A DNA stretch of 54,264 nucleotides from a virus (lineage: Duplodnaviria; Caudoviricetes), in the IMG/VR virus record IMGVR_UViG_3300011439_000001, positions 1 through 54,264 of that record. One strand, 5' to 3'. Numbering within the stretch: the first letter of the stretch is position 1; each line of letters opens with the position of its first letter. The notes below the pieces were generated by a model that saw only the letters and a program-made list of their open reading frames with translations, was not told the DNA's origin and did no database searches. A program made the translations under genes and the position numbers. Positions 44,657 to 54,141 of the stretch are shown here, piece by piece.

Positions 44657-44886
44657 TGGAAATTGAAGCAGGAAGAAAATACGTTAGGATTATCGGGTGT
44701 GATGATACTACCGAAATTCCAGCCGCGGAATTTAATGAATCTCAACTTGTGACATTAGAATTCCTTGCTAAGAAATCAGAAAAGTACAGTGAATCTGGTT
44801 GCCAACCTACTGTTCGTATCAGCAAGGCAATAGAAAAATCACGATCTATTGGTGGGACTTACCTTGGTTGGGACGACGATGAGTGA
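44656..44886 (+). CDS. Hypothetical protein
   Basis: GCDDTT...SESGCQPT; coupled ORF. Confidence 0.7.
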   Translation: MEIEAGRKYVRIIGCDDTTEIPAAEFNESQLVTLEFLAKKSEKYSESGCQPTVRISKAIEKSRSIGGTYLGWDDDE

Positions 44887-45040
44887 GTTTGCGTTTGAAG
44901 TTATAACAGATGAAGAACTACAAGAAGAAGTCAAAGAGCCGGAGTATGAAAAGGTTAGCAGAGAAGGAATGATCTATTGCGATTTCTGTAAAGGATGGTA
45001 CTTCCCTGAATATCATTATGGGGACGTGTCAAATGATTGA
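44879..45040 (+). CDS. Small CxxC...H protein with FEVITDEEL N-terminus
   Basis: Likely start at ATG 44879. Confidence 0.65.
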   Translation: MSEFAFEVITDEELQEEVKEPEYEKVSREGMIYCDFCKGWYFPEYHYGDVSND

Positions 45041-45122
45041 GCTAATCGCTGCTTTGCTAATCGGCACTTTTATCCTGATCTTCTTTATTCTTTATGTGTA
45101 CGGTACGTTCTTCAATAGATGA
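45033..45122 (+). CDS. Tiny membrane protein (29 aa)
   Basis: MIELIAALLIGTFILIFFILYVYGTFFNR. Confidence 0.5.
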   Translation: MIELIAALLIGTFILIFFILYVYGTFFNR

Positions 45123-45134
45123 GAGGGGGTGATT

Positions 45135-45917
45135 ATGGCGACAGCAACAACTACTACACTTGGTGAGAAGTTGGGTGCAAAGCCCCCTCAGCATTATGCT
45201 AAGTGGCTTAATGGAATGATCTTTGCAGAGTATGGTGCAGGTAAGACGCATCTACTTGGTACTGCACAGGATCATCCTATGACAGCACCGTTGCTTATCT
45301 TCGATATTGACGGAGGTATGCAGACTCTCTCTAATAGAGAAGGCATCGAGGTAGTACCCGTTCGTGACTATGAGACTATGATTGATAAGATTATGGTACT
45401 CAAAGATGGTATTGATTCCAAAGGTGAACTACCGTATAAGACCATTGGTGTTGATACCTTTAGTGAGTTCGCTAGTATTGATCTAGCACTCATCATGCGA
45501 ACGAGGGCAGAAGAGAATCCACGTCTTGATGAAGATGTAGCCGATCAGTATGGTTACAACAAGAGTGGTGCCCATCTTCGTAGAGTAGTAAGATTGCTAC
45601 GCGATCTTCCATGTAACGTGATTCTAACGTCTCATGTAGCAGACGTGCAAGACTCGCTAGGTAGGATTCAGTATTATCCTATGCTTGCAGGTAAATTGCG
45701 GAGGCAAATTCCTGGCTTCCTAGACTTTGTTGGTTACATGAAAGCAGAGGTTGAAGGCGATGAGATAGTTCGTAGCATTCAGTTCGTTAAGACGGATCGT
45801 GTAGCAGCAAAGCAACGCAATTGTGGATTCGATGATATTGAATTGAATCCTACAATTCCTACTCTATGGCAGAAGCGTCAAACAGTTACTACAGCAAAGG
45901 AGAATGGTAGCAAATGA
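45135..45917 (+). CDS. AAA_24 / Sak4-like ATPase (recombinase)
   Basis: AEYGAGKT, FDIDGG, IGVDTFSE, LTSH and DFVGYM. Confidence 0.88.
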   Translation: MATATTTTLGEKLGAKPPQHYAKWLNGMIFAEYGAGKTHLLGTAQDHPMTAPLLIFDIDGGMQTLSNREGIEVVPVRDYETMIDKIMVLKDGIDSKGELPYKTIGVDTFSEFASIDLALIMRTRAEENPRLDEDVADQYGYNKSGAHLRRVVRLLRDLPCNVILTSHVADVQDSLGRIQYYPMLAGKLRRQIPGFLDFVGYMKAEVEGDEIVRSIQFVKTDRVAAKQRNCGFDDIELNPTIPTLWQKRQTVTTAKENGSK

Positions 45918-46441
45918 GTGATATGGTTGAGTTCGACGGTGTAGTTGATCTTACCGATAGAGACGAATCTGTTGGTAGTGGTGGTTTCAATGCAGTTCCT
46001 TCAGGTTCTTACAAGTGTACTGTTGATGATGCCGATTGGACATACACGCAGAATGACGGTAAGATGCCTGCTGGTACTCCTGGCCTTAATGTTAGGTTCC
46101 GCGTTTCTCTAGATGAACCGGAGCGCAGAGGTCAGAAGGTTGCTAATCAGTGTTTCTTCAAGACGTATTGGATTCCGCCGAAGGATCACGAGAAGGAAGC
46201 AGCGCAGAAATTGCGTGGTGCGTTGACTAACTTCCTTAAGGCAGCAGGTGTTACCGATGAAAAGTTGAACAGCAAGAAGTTCAATCTCAATGATGAGAAG
46301 GATGACATTATCGGTAACGAGCTTACTGTTGTGGTTGGCAAGAAGTGGAACGACGTTAAAGAGATTGACGAGAATCCCGTTATGGGAGTTAAGCCTGCTG
46401 GTGCAAGTGCAAGTAGAGAACGAGCCGGTAGCGTCCTGTAA
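45914..46441 (+). CDS. Single-stranded DNA-binding protein (DUF669-like)
   Basis: FNAVPSGSYKCTV...FLKAAG...IIGNEL; follows the Sak4-like ATPase. Confidence 0.75.
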   Translation: MSDMVEFDGVVDLTDRDESVGSGGFNAVPSGSYKCTVDDADWTYTQNDGKMPAGTPGLNVRFRVSLDEPERRGQKVANQCFFKTYWIPPKDHEKEAAQKLRGALTNFLKAAGVTDEKLNSKKFNLNDEKDDIIGNELTVVVGKKWNDVKEIDENPVMGVKPAGASASRERAGSVL

Positions 46442-46453
46442 TTAGGGAATAAA

Positions 46454-46512
46454 TGTAGGGGGTGACGGACGGCGACCATACGCGACCTATCCGCACCCCC
46501 TACAAATTTCTT
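46454..46512 (+). terminator. Putative terminator after SSB
   Basis: TGTAGGGGGTG / CACCCCCTACA stem followed by a T-rich run. Confidence 0.65.
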
Positions 46513-46523
46513 CTCCCCCATAT

Positions 46524-48740
46524 ATGAGTTCCTTTACCGATATAGGTAGTGAAATGACTCTGCGCCTAGAGTTTTTTGACTACCTGTTTAGTGACGACGT
46601 TGGATACGTTTGCATATGTACGCAACGTCCCAATAAAAAAGAGACGTTCAATGAACACTACTTCAAGTGGCCTACTGAGAAGGCTAAGATGTTGGAGTTT
46701 ATTGACAAGGCTAGGATAGGTCACAACGTATGGTTCGGTGTTAATGTACTTTCGATTCCGAAACGATTGAAAGTTAACTGCATACCACAGAATCTAGTGT
46801 GGGCAGACCTTGAACATTGTACGCCTGACAAACTAGAGATACCACCGCAATGTGTATTGGAATCGTCACCAGGCAGATTCCAAGCTATATGGCGTCTAGA
46901 TAAGAAGATTGAACCTGAACGAGCAGAGGATTACTCACGTCGGATAGCATATAAGTATGCCGATCAAGGTGCAGACAAGAGTGGATATGATCTAACACAA
47001 CTCCTGCGTGTACCGGGTACGATTAACTACAAGTACGAGGGTCTACAGATAGTACCTGAAGTTAGATTGGTAACTAGCTTTGCTGCACTACTTGATCCGG
47101 CTGTATTTGAAGCACTTGAAGTAGCATACGCAGAAGAGGTAGATAACGGTGATGGGCCAGCTATACCTGATCCGAAGTCTTTACCTAATCCTGAGTTTGT
47201 TATCTATGAGTTTCGTGGTAAGCTACAAGGTACAGCCTTTGCACGCTTGTATGGTGAGGAACCCGGAGAAGATTGGTCGGATGATCTATGGGCACTAGAG
47301 AATATCTGCATCGAAGCGGGTATGAGTGTCGAAGAAACATTCGCCGTTTCTCTAAACGCTAAATGTAATAAGTACAAGCGCGATGGGCGTCCGATATCCC
47401 ATCTATGGCATGAGATACTTAAGGCTGATATCCAACAGAAGAAGATACTCGGTCTGTTTGGTAATACTGCACCACTTCATATGCCTCAGTTGCTTACGGA
47501 AGCAGAGAGTAACATCGTAGGTAACTCAATTATCCACGAGTATATGGAATGGGCAGGGCAAGCTACAGATGCGGTGCCTGAGTACCACGAGTTAGCTTGT
47601 GCGATGTTGTTATCTTCTCTCATGGCATCAGGACTCCACGTTAAGGTTGATTGGGGAAAGATCATTCCTAACCTGTGGGGCCTTTTGTTGGGCGATACGA
47701 CATTGACACGAAAGACTACTGCCGCAGATATGGCAATGGACTTCCTTATCGAAATTGATCCAGAAATCATAGTAGCTTCCGATGGAAGCCCTGAAGGAAT
47801 CCTAAGTGCAGTTAGTCGTAGACCTAAGATGACCTCGGTGTTCTATCGTGATGAAGTAGCTGGCTTGTTTGAAATGATGCAGAAGAGGGATTACCTAGCT
47901 GGTATCCATGAGACATTTACGAAGATGTACGATGTACCGAAGCATTGGCCTAAGCAGCTAAAGCGTGAGACTATTGTTCTTACGGAACCAGTGTTTATCT
48001 TCTTCGGAGCAGGTATTCTAGAGAAAGCATATAGTCTCATTAGCGAGCAGTTTGTTACTTCAGGTTTCATACCACGATTCCTTGTCGTAACTGGTTATGT
48101 AGACCTTGATCGTGTTAGACCTACTGGTCCACCAAAGCAGACTAGTACAGAGAAGCGGAATGAACTGAAGGTTCTTTTCCAGCATCTATACGATACATAT
48201 ACGTCAGCTACAGTTGAGGTAAAGGCTGGTAATACTTCTTTTGAAATGGAACGAGAAGTAGAAGCACAGCTAACAGATGATGCCTGGACTAAGGCAGTTG
48301 AGATAGAACAGAAGCTAGTGAGAACAGCATACGATTCTGATTACCGTGGTCTTGCTAGTCCAACATTTCAGCGTATGTACTTCTCGATGATTAAGCTAGC
48401 TGTTCTATTCGCAGCAGCTAGGCAAGACCCCACAGAAGATAGTAAGATTGAAGTTACGTTAACAGACGTATTGGAAGCTGCCTACTTCATTCAGAAGTGG
48501 GGCAAGCACATGGTTGAGCTACTTAAACACGCTGGTCGAAGTCCAGATGAAATGAAGCTCAATGCCGTGTATCGAACTATTGAGAATCACCCAGGTATTC
48601 TACGCGGTGAGATTATGAATCGTCACAAGATTCAATCACACCTAATGGATCAACTACAACGAACTCTAGAGGACAGGCTAATGGTTCGTTCGGAACGTAA
48701 GGGGAGGGGGTACAAATATTGGCCGATAGGACGTGGATAG
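46524..48740 (+). CDS. RepB-type primase-polymerase fused to a DUF3987 helicase-like domain
   Basis: WADLE, ESSPGRFQAIW and LLRVPGTINYKY; C-terminal GDTTLTRKTT, RDEV and SGFIPRF. Confidence 0.85.
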   Translation: MSSFTDIGSEMTLRLEFFDYLFSDDVGYVCICTQRPNKKETFNEHYFKWPTEKAKMLEFIDKARIGHNVWFGVNVLSIPKRLKVNCIPQNLVWADLEHCTPDKLEIPPQCVLESSPGRFQAIWRLDKKIEPERAEDYSRRIAYKYADQGADKSGYDLTQLLRVPGTINYKYEGLQIVPEVRLVTSFAALLDPAVFEALEVAYAEEVDNGDGPAIPDPKSLPNPEFVIYEFRGKLQGTAFARLYGEEPGEDWSDDLWALENICIEAGMSVEETFAVSLNAKCNKYKRDGRPISHLWHEILKADIQQKKILGLFGNTAPLHMPQLLTEAESNIVGNSIIHEYMEWAGQATDAVPEYHELACAMLLSSLMASGLHVKVDWGKIIPNLWGLLLGDTTLTRKTTAADMAMDFLIEIDPEIIVASDGSPEGILSAVSRRPKMTSVFYRDEVAGLFEMMQKRDYLAGIHETFTKMYDVPKHWPKQLKRETIVLTEPVFIFFGAGILEKAYSLISEQFVTSGFIPRFLVVTGYVDLDRVRPTGPPKQTSTEKRNELKVLFQHLYDTYTSATVEVKAGNTSFEMEREVEAQLTDDAWTKAVEIEQKLVRTAYDSDYRGLASPTFQRMYFSMIKLAVLFAAARQDPTEDSKIEVTLTDVLEAAYFIQKWGKHMVELLKHAGRSPDEMKLNAVYRTIENHPGILRGEIMNRHKIQSHLMDQLQRTLEDRLMVRSERKGRGYKYWPIGRG

Positions 48741-48922
48741 ATGCAGAAGGCAGAACAGGTAAGTTCAAACCTTCACGTATGCCGGAAGAAAATATTGGTC
48801 ACGTCTGTACCTACGTCAGAGATAGTGATGATCCTAACTTTAAGTATTGCATTTACTGTGGGCGCGTCAGGTATAGAACTAACGCCGAAATCCTAGGAAA
48901 GGAAGTAGATGGAACCAATTGA
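48719..48922 (+). CDS. Small zinc-binding hypothetical protein
   Basis: HVC...CIYC; GGAGG upstream of a TTG start. Confidence 0.55.
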   Translation: MADRTWIDAEGRTGKFKPSRMPEENIGHVCTYVRDSDDPNFKYCIYCGRVRYRTNAEILGKEVDGTN

Positions 48923-49301
48923 CACTAATCCTCCTGAGAAGCAAGTAGAGGGTAAGTACAAGAAGGATGACTATACTCTTAAAGAGTGGGATCGTAAGAT
49001 TGAGGAAGAGGATGCGCGTTGGCGACACGCTGGTATTAGTCTTGACCAAATGAATTACGCTGGCTCAGAACACTTCGCATTGCAATGTAAGGTGCAAGCT
49101 TTGATTAACATTATTCTTGAAGGTGATATGACTGAAGAGAACATGAACCTGAATCTTAAGATGCTACGAGTTGAGAACATGGAAAGAATTCGTGAGGTAG
49201 TTGAACCACAGATTGCACAAGCTAAGCTAATGCATGGTGTTCCTAATCCGAGTGTGATTCTACCTTGGATGCAGAAAGGCGCAGAAGGCAATGGTGGATA
49301 A
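48909..49301 (+). CDS. Hypothetical protein
   Basis: 130 aa with RBS. Confidence 0.7.
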   Translation: MEPIDTNPPEKQVEGKYKKDDYTLKEWDRKIEEEDARWRHAGISLDQMNYAGSEHFALQCKVQALINIILEGDMTEENMNLNLKMLRVENMERIREVVEPQIAQAKLMHGVPNPSVILPWMQKGAEGNGG

Positions 49302-49425
49302 GCGCGATCCCGAAAGATTGTATGAACAAATCAAACAGGTACAGAACAATCGTGGTATCTCGATTACTGAAGCAGCCGATCTCGTTGAAGAGGAACACAA
49401 AGTACAAATGAATGGTCACAAATGA
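49291..49425 (+). CDS. Small hypothetical protein (44 aa)
   Basis: Read manually as MVDKRDPERLYEQIKQVQNNRGISITEAADLV...; fills the gap with an ATGA overlap. Confidence 0.55.
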   Translation: MVDKRDPERLYEQIKQVQNNRGISITEAADLVEEEHKVQMNGHK

Positions 49426-49991
49426 TTATCGGATTCCACGGTTGTAAAGGTGTAGGTAAAGATACAGCCGCACAATTTCTCATTGACACATATGACTTCA
49501 ACAAAGTAGCGTTTGCTGACCCACTCAAAGAAGCTGTTGCTGCATTGTTTGATATGACTAAAGAACAAGTAGATACACTCAAAGAGAACAATGATGTTAA
49601 AGTAGCTATAATGACGGAGGTAAAAGGCTCTCTCCACGCTGGAAACATTATTTCATGGAGAGGATTCCTTCAGAGATTCGGTACTGAAATGGGTAGAGAA
49701 ACTTTCCATAGAGATTTTTGGGTTGACCTGTGGGAAGATCATCTATACAAAAATTCAATGCATGAAGATGACATAGTAGTTACCGACGTTCGTTTCAAGA
49801 ATGAAGCTGAGAAGATTCAGCATCTAGGTGGTGTAGTCGTTAGGATAACTAGGCCAGGTCACGAACCCGATGGGCATAAATCAGAAGAACCATTGCCGAC
49901 TATAATGATTGATGCAGAGATTCATAACAATAGTACACTTGATGACTTTCATGTTGACGTACATCATCTTTACAAAGGACTGAATAGATAA
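49422..49991 (+). CDS. Deoxynucleoside monophosphate kinase
   Basis: GCKGVGKDT, AFADPLKE, LQRFGTEMGR, TDVRFKNE and HKSE. Confidence 0.92.
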   Translation: MIIGFHGCKGVGKDTAAQFLIDTYDFNKVAFADPLKEAVAALFDMTKEQVDTLKENNDVKVAIMTEVKGSLHAGNIISWRGFLQRFGTEMGRETFHRDFWVDLWEDHLYKNSMHEDDIVVTDVRFKNEAEKIQHLGGVVVRITRPGHEPDGHKSEEPLPTIMIDAEIHNNSTLDDFHVDVHHLYKGLNR

Positions 49992-50314
49992 TGCACTTCA
50001 CTGATTATCAAGCCGCAGCAGAGAATACTGCTATCTATCCACGTTCGCAAGGTCTATACTACACTGTGCTTGGACTAACTAACGAAGCCGGCGAAGTAGC
50101 TGGTTTACTCAAGAAGTACATTCGTGATGGAGAAATGACTAATGAGGACTTGGCAAATAAAATTGCTGCTGAACTTGGCGACTGTTTGTGGTATCTTGCT
50201 ATGGTTGCGAGTGAGCTAGGTCTTAGCTTTGATAGTATTGCTGAGAAGAACGTTGATAAGTTGCTTGATCGACAAAGGCGTGGTGTTCTAACAGGATCAG
50301 GAGACGAGCGTTAA
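49991..50314 (+). CDS. MazG-like nucleotide pyrophosphohydrolase
   Basis: GLTNEAGEV, KKYIRD, ELGDCLWY, NVDKL and GSGDER. Confidence 0.92.
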   Translation: MHFTDYQAAAENTAIYPRSQGLYYTVLGLTNEAGEVAGLLKKYIRDGEMTNEDLANKIAAELGDCLWYLAMVASELGLSFDSIAEKNVDKLLDRQRRGVLTGSGDER

Positions 50315-50508
50315 TGCATATTGAAATCTTTCCATCGAAGTATCTTACGTTCCCAGGACGTAGACAGAAGTGGTACGTTCGTTTGATTGCTGACAATGGT
50401 GAAACACTTAACACTAGTCAAGGCTATGCTACTAGGTGGAATGCGACAAGAGCTGCTAAGACAGTGTTTCCTAATCTCGGAAGGAAATATTTCGACGGTG
50501 TTCGCTAA
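50314..50508 (+). CDS. DUF1508/YegP-like protein
   Basis: WYVRLIADNGETLNTSQGY. Confidence 0.75.
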   Translation: MHIEIFPSKYLTFPGRRQKWYVRLIADNGETLNTSQGYATRWNATRAAKTVFPNLGRKYFDGVR

Positions 50509-50668
50509 CGTAGCACTTACTATTATTCTTGCTCTAGTGTCGTTGGCACTACTATCGGATATCTTTGCATTCTGGCATGATCGAACCGTGTTCGGAAATG
50601 CGATGATGGTAGCTGCTGTTGCATTTACGATTAGTTGGTTCTTCGTTGGTATGAAAGGTGCTTGGTAA
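50498..50668 (+). CDS. Small membrane protein (2 TM)
   Basis: Hydrophobic ORF from GTG 50498. Confidence 0.55.
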   Translation: MFANVALTIILALVSLALLSDIFAFWHDRTVFGNAMMVAAVAFTISWFFVGMKGAW

Positions 50669-50781
50669 TGGACTTAATGGATAGAGTATTTGTAGTGTTC
50701 ATAGCTTGTGGCTGCCTAGCGTTCCTAACGTTGACAGTCTTTATGATCTGGATTATGTTTAACGCAGATAAATTGAATTAA
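50668..50781 (+). CDS. Small membrane protein (37 aa)
   Basis: TAATG coupling; single TM helix. Confidence 0.5.
   Translation: MDLMDRVFVVFIACGCLAFLTLTVFMIWIMFNADKLN
50731..50759 (+). promoter_or_regulatory. Possible promoter for the DNA polymerase
   Basis: TTGACA-N17-TATGTT, ending 23 nt before the polymerase ATG. Confidence 0.45.
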
Positions 50782-50782
50782 G

Positions 50783-53209
50783 ATGCCAGTTCGTAAGCAC
50801 CCATTAGCAGAATGCGAGAAATGTCCGTTGCAGCGTAAACGGTGTGCGCCCTCGATAAAACCACCACAGGCTACAACGGCAGTAGTTTCTAGATCACCGG
50901 GAAAATACGAAGGTATGGCAGGTAAGCCGTTTTCCGGCCCTAGTGGAAAAGTTCTAGACAATCTGCTGAAACGCAATGGTAAGACAAGAAGCGAGGTAAT
51001 GCTAACTAATGTTGTCCTATGTGAGATTGATGGTACTAAAGTACCGTCGGAAGCGATTAAAGCGTGCGCTCCAAGATTGCATGATGAGCTATCAGGGATT
51101 AGTCTTGTCATTGCCGCAGGAACAGAAGCAGTTAACTTTCTCTGCGGACGAGGGAACATTGATCGTTACCGAGGCTATCGTATTCAACAAGAGGGACGAA
51201 CAGTTGTCGCTACCAATAACCCTGCACTTGTTCTTCGCGACGATGCTACGTTTCCAAATCTTAAACGAGATTTCAAAAGAGCATTTAATCCAAACCCTCC
51301 AACACCATATCCCAACGTCGAGGTAATAGAGAATCTTAAAGATGCCAAGCTACTCATACAATCAATCGGAACCGGAAACGATAAGGTTGCGGCAGATATT
51401 GAATCTCGCGGAGGTCTTACCCACCGAGCGACTCTTATTTCGTTGCAATTCAGTGTTGACGGAGCTAATGCCTACGTTCTCGGAGAACGCGAGAAACTTT
51501 TTGACAACGAAGATTTCATTAGAGATTATCTACGACCCCTCTTTGAATCCCGACATATACGTTTTATCTGGCACAATGGAAAGTTCGATACCAAAATCCT
51601 CATACACACCTATCGAATCAAAGCCAGAGTTGACGAGGACACGATTCTCCTCTCTTATGCGTTGGATGAAAGATCGGGTGGGGATGACGCGATAGGTATT
51701 CATGGCCTTGAATATCTATTGATGGAAGAATTTGGTTGGCCGCACTATACTAGCGCAGCTATTGAGCGCGCTAAGAAAACAGGGGTAGTAGAGGACTATG
51801 ACGAATTTTACGAGTATGCTGGTAGGGATGTTGGTGGGACTCATTCTCTCTTCGATCTTTACCATCCTATGGCTGTTGCTGATGATGTTATACAACCCTA
51901 TAAGGACATACTCATTAAGGGAACTAACGATCTTGTTATTCCTGCCGAGCTTGCTGGCATCGTTTATGACGTTAATCGTGCTGCTGATCTACATGAGTTT
52001 GTAGTAGAACCGGAACTGCGTGATCTTAGAGAGAAGATGAGAGAGTGGGTAGACAAACCTGAACTCAATCCCAATAGTCCACAACAAATGGCAGCTATAC
52101 TATATGATGATTGGGGTATCGACCATGCAATGCGTAAGCGACCCGACAAGAAGAACAGTGTAGATGATGCAGCAAGACAAGAAATCCTGGCTGGACGTTT
52201 TACTTTCAAGAATCGTATGGTCACACGTCGAGAAGGTACGAAGGTTATTGCAGAGCCAGCGCATGATGAAGCAGAACGTAGAGAACACTACAGAGGCTTC
52301 GTTGAATTACACCATCGTTCTCAGGAACTCGTTAAACAAGATTCCACCTACCTGATTGGACTCATAAAGAATGCCGAGCAAGACCCCGAAAGTAGAATCT
52401 ACACTGATCTGCTCCTATTTGGTACTAATTCAGGACGACTATCCTCACGTAGGCCGAATCTACTCAATATCACACGACCGAAAGAAGGGCTACCAAATAT
52501 CAGAAACCTCTTTAGAGCGAGCAACGGCAGAAAGATTGTTAACGCCGATTTCTCTCAGGCTGAGCTACGGTGTATCGCTGCCTTCAGTGGTGATACTCTA
52601 CTATCGACCATCTACGAAGAGGGGCGCGACCTTCATTCTGAATGCGCTGAAAGATTCTATGGAAAAAGTTTCACAAAGCATAACAGAGACGTTGCCAAGA
52701 ACGTGAACTTCGGTGTGTTCTATAGACAGAGTGCTGCAACATTCCAGGAGAAGCACGACATTCCAGAGCGAGAGGCACAACCTTACATTGACTGGATATG
52801 GAAAACATTTACTGGTGTTGGAGCATGGGAAAAAAGTATCGAAACAGAGATTCACACTAAGGGAACACTTACTTCTCCATTTGGAAGGAAGCGACGTTTC
52901 CATCTTCTCACGGATTTCAATAAGGAAGGAATCTATCGAGAGGGAATTAACTTCTATCCTCAATCAACTGCGTCTGACCTCACATTCACATCTGCCATCA
53001 TCCTTGCAAATCAAGTTGATTCTAGAAGGGCAGTTCTATTACTCATCCCATATGATGCAATCTTGGCAGATGTTGAAGATGACTACGTTGATGAATACTC
53101 CATAATCTGCAAACAAGTAATGGAGTCAAGAGCCAAAGATGCATTGGGATGGACATTGCCATTTAAAGCAGAAATACAGATTGGCCCATCGTGGGGAGAA
53201 GCAATATGA
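50783..53209 (+). CDS. Family A DNA polymerase with N-terminal family-4 UDG-like domain and 3'-5' exonuclease
   Basis: UDG-like CEKCPL...PFSGPSG...TNVVLC; exonuclease DIE, HNGKFD and YAGRD; polymerase GRLSS, DFSQAELR, AKNVNFG and QSTASD. Confidence 0.93.
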   Translation: MPVRKHPLAECEKCPLQRKRCAPSIKPPQATTAVVSRSPGKYEGMAGKPFSGPSGKVLDNLLKRNGKTRSEVMLTNVVLCEIDGTKVPSEAIKACAPRLHDELSGISLVIAAGTEAVNFLCGRGNIDRYRGYRIQQEGRTVVATNNPALVLRDDATFPNLKRDFKRAFNPNPPTPYPNVEVIENLKDAKLLIQSIGTGNDKVAADIESRGGLTHRATLISLQFSVDGANAYVLGEREKLFDNEDFIRDYLRPLFESRHIRFIWHNGKFDTKILIHTYRIKARVDEDTILLSYALDERSGGDDAIGIHGLEYLLMEEFGWPHYTSAAIERAKKTGVVEDYDEFYEYAGRDVGGTHSLFDLYHPMAVADDVIQPYKDILIKGTNDLVIPAELAGIVYDVNRAADLHEFVVEPELRDLREKMREWVDKPELNPNSPQQMAAILYDDWGIDHAMRKRPDKKNSVDDAARQEILAGRFTFKNRMVTRREGTKVIAEPAHDEAERREHYRGFVELHHRSQELVKQDSTYLIGLIKNAEQDPESRIYTDLLLFGTNSGRLSSRRPNLLNITRPKEGLPNIRNLFRASNGRKIVNADFSQAELRCIAAFSGDTLLSTIYEEGRDLHSECAERFYGKSFTKHNRDVAKNVNFGVFYRQSAATFQEKHDIPEREAQPYIDWIWKTFTGVGAWEKSIETEIHTKGTLTSPFGRKRRFHLLTDFNKEGIYREGINFYPQSTASDLTFTSAIILANQVDSRRAVLLLIPYDAILADVEDDYVDEYSIICKQVMESRAKDALGWTLPFKAEIQIGPSWGEAI

Positions 53210-53520
53210 TTAAGGCACATATCGAACGTGATCCTGTTATGGATGGTTATAGATTCTACCTATGGGATGAAACGCCTCAGTATAAAGTACCGTTTAAATT
53301 TGAGAACGGCGACTTTATCCGAAGTCAGAATGATACACTTCAATGGGGTGAAGTAATGGCACCTGTTATGATTATTCATAGTGAACTGTATGAGGCCATT
53401 AGTAGAGCTATCATCGGTGACGCAATTGACGATGATGATGCATTACAAGATACTCGTAATGTTCGTGATCGTCTACTTTCGCTAATTGAGTGGAACTGGA
53501 AAAATGACCGTCCAGCCTGA
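53206..53520 (+). CDS. Hypothetical protein
   Basis: ATGA overlap with the polymerase stop. Confidence 0.7.
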   Translation: MIKAHIERDPVMDGYRFYLWDETPQYKVPFKFENGDFIRSQNDTLQWGEVMAPVMIIHSELYEAISRAIIGDAIDDDDALQDTRNVRDRLLSLIEWNWKNDRPA

Positions 53521-53625
53521 CCGCGCCGGATTCCGGCTCAGGAACTCATTTAGAAGCCAATCGGGGGGTTCGGTGACTCCCAGGCTACCCGTCTGAGAGA
53601 ACAGATTAGATGAGATTCAATAGAA

Positions 53626-54132
53626 ATGAGGCTCATGGGAAATATGCATTATATGTTGTCAGTTGATCCCGGTGGTACTACAGGTTATTGTAAAGCATCG
53701 TTTGACGGTACAACCCTAACACTACGACCAGGGCAAGAAAGATTCACAGGCGGTGCTTTGTTCAATTTCATCTTGGAAGAAATACAGGCAGCGCGTAAGG
53801 TTCAGGACAGTAAGTTTTACCTGATTTATGAGAAGTTTCACTATAGAAACAAAGCTCGCCCAGGTCTTGATTTAACTGCACCGAAATTGATTGGAGTAAT
53901 GGACTTGCTTGTGGAAGAAGAAGGATTACTAGCGTTTCCCCAGATGCCAGCAGAAGCTATGGGTTATTGGACTAATGACCAACTGAAGCGTTTTCAGATT
54001 TATGTGCCCGGTATGGAACATGGCCGCGATGCTATGCGTCACCTACTACAGTGGTGGCAGTTCAAGTTTGGTTTCGGTATCCATAAAATTACACCGTTCA
54101 CCAATTACAAGGTGATAAAAGATGGGGAGTGA
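53626..54132 (+). CDS. RuvC-like Holliday junction resolvase
   Basis: SVDPGGTTG, IYEKF and HGRDAMRH. Confidence 0.85.
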   Translation: MRLMGNMHYMLSVDPGGTTGYCKASFDGTTLTLRPGQERFTGGALFNFILEEIQAARKVQDSKFYLIYEKFHYRNKARPGLDLTAPKLIGVMDLLVEEEGLLAFPQMPAEAMGYWTNDQLKRFQIYVPGMEHGRDAMRHLLQWWQFKFGFGIHKITPFTNYKVIKDGE

Positions 54133-54141
54133 ATTCATGCT

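Noticed and set aside
49422-53209. 2-aminoadenine (Z) genome pathway suggested by MazG plus an unusual PolA
   Set aside because: No PurZ or HD-domain dATPase was recognised, and this MazG type is common in ordinary phages.
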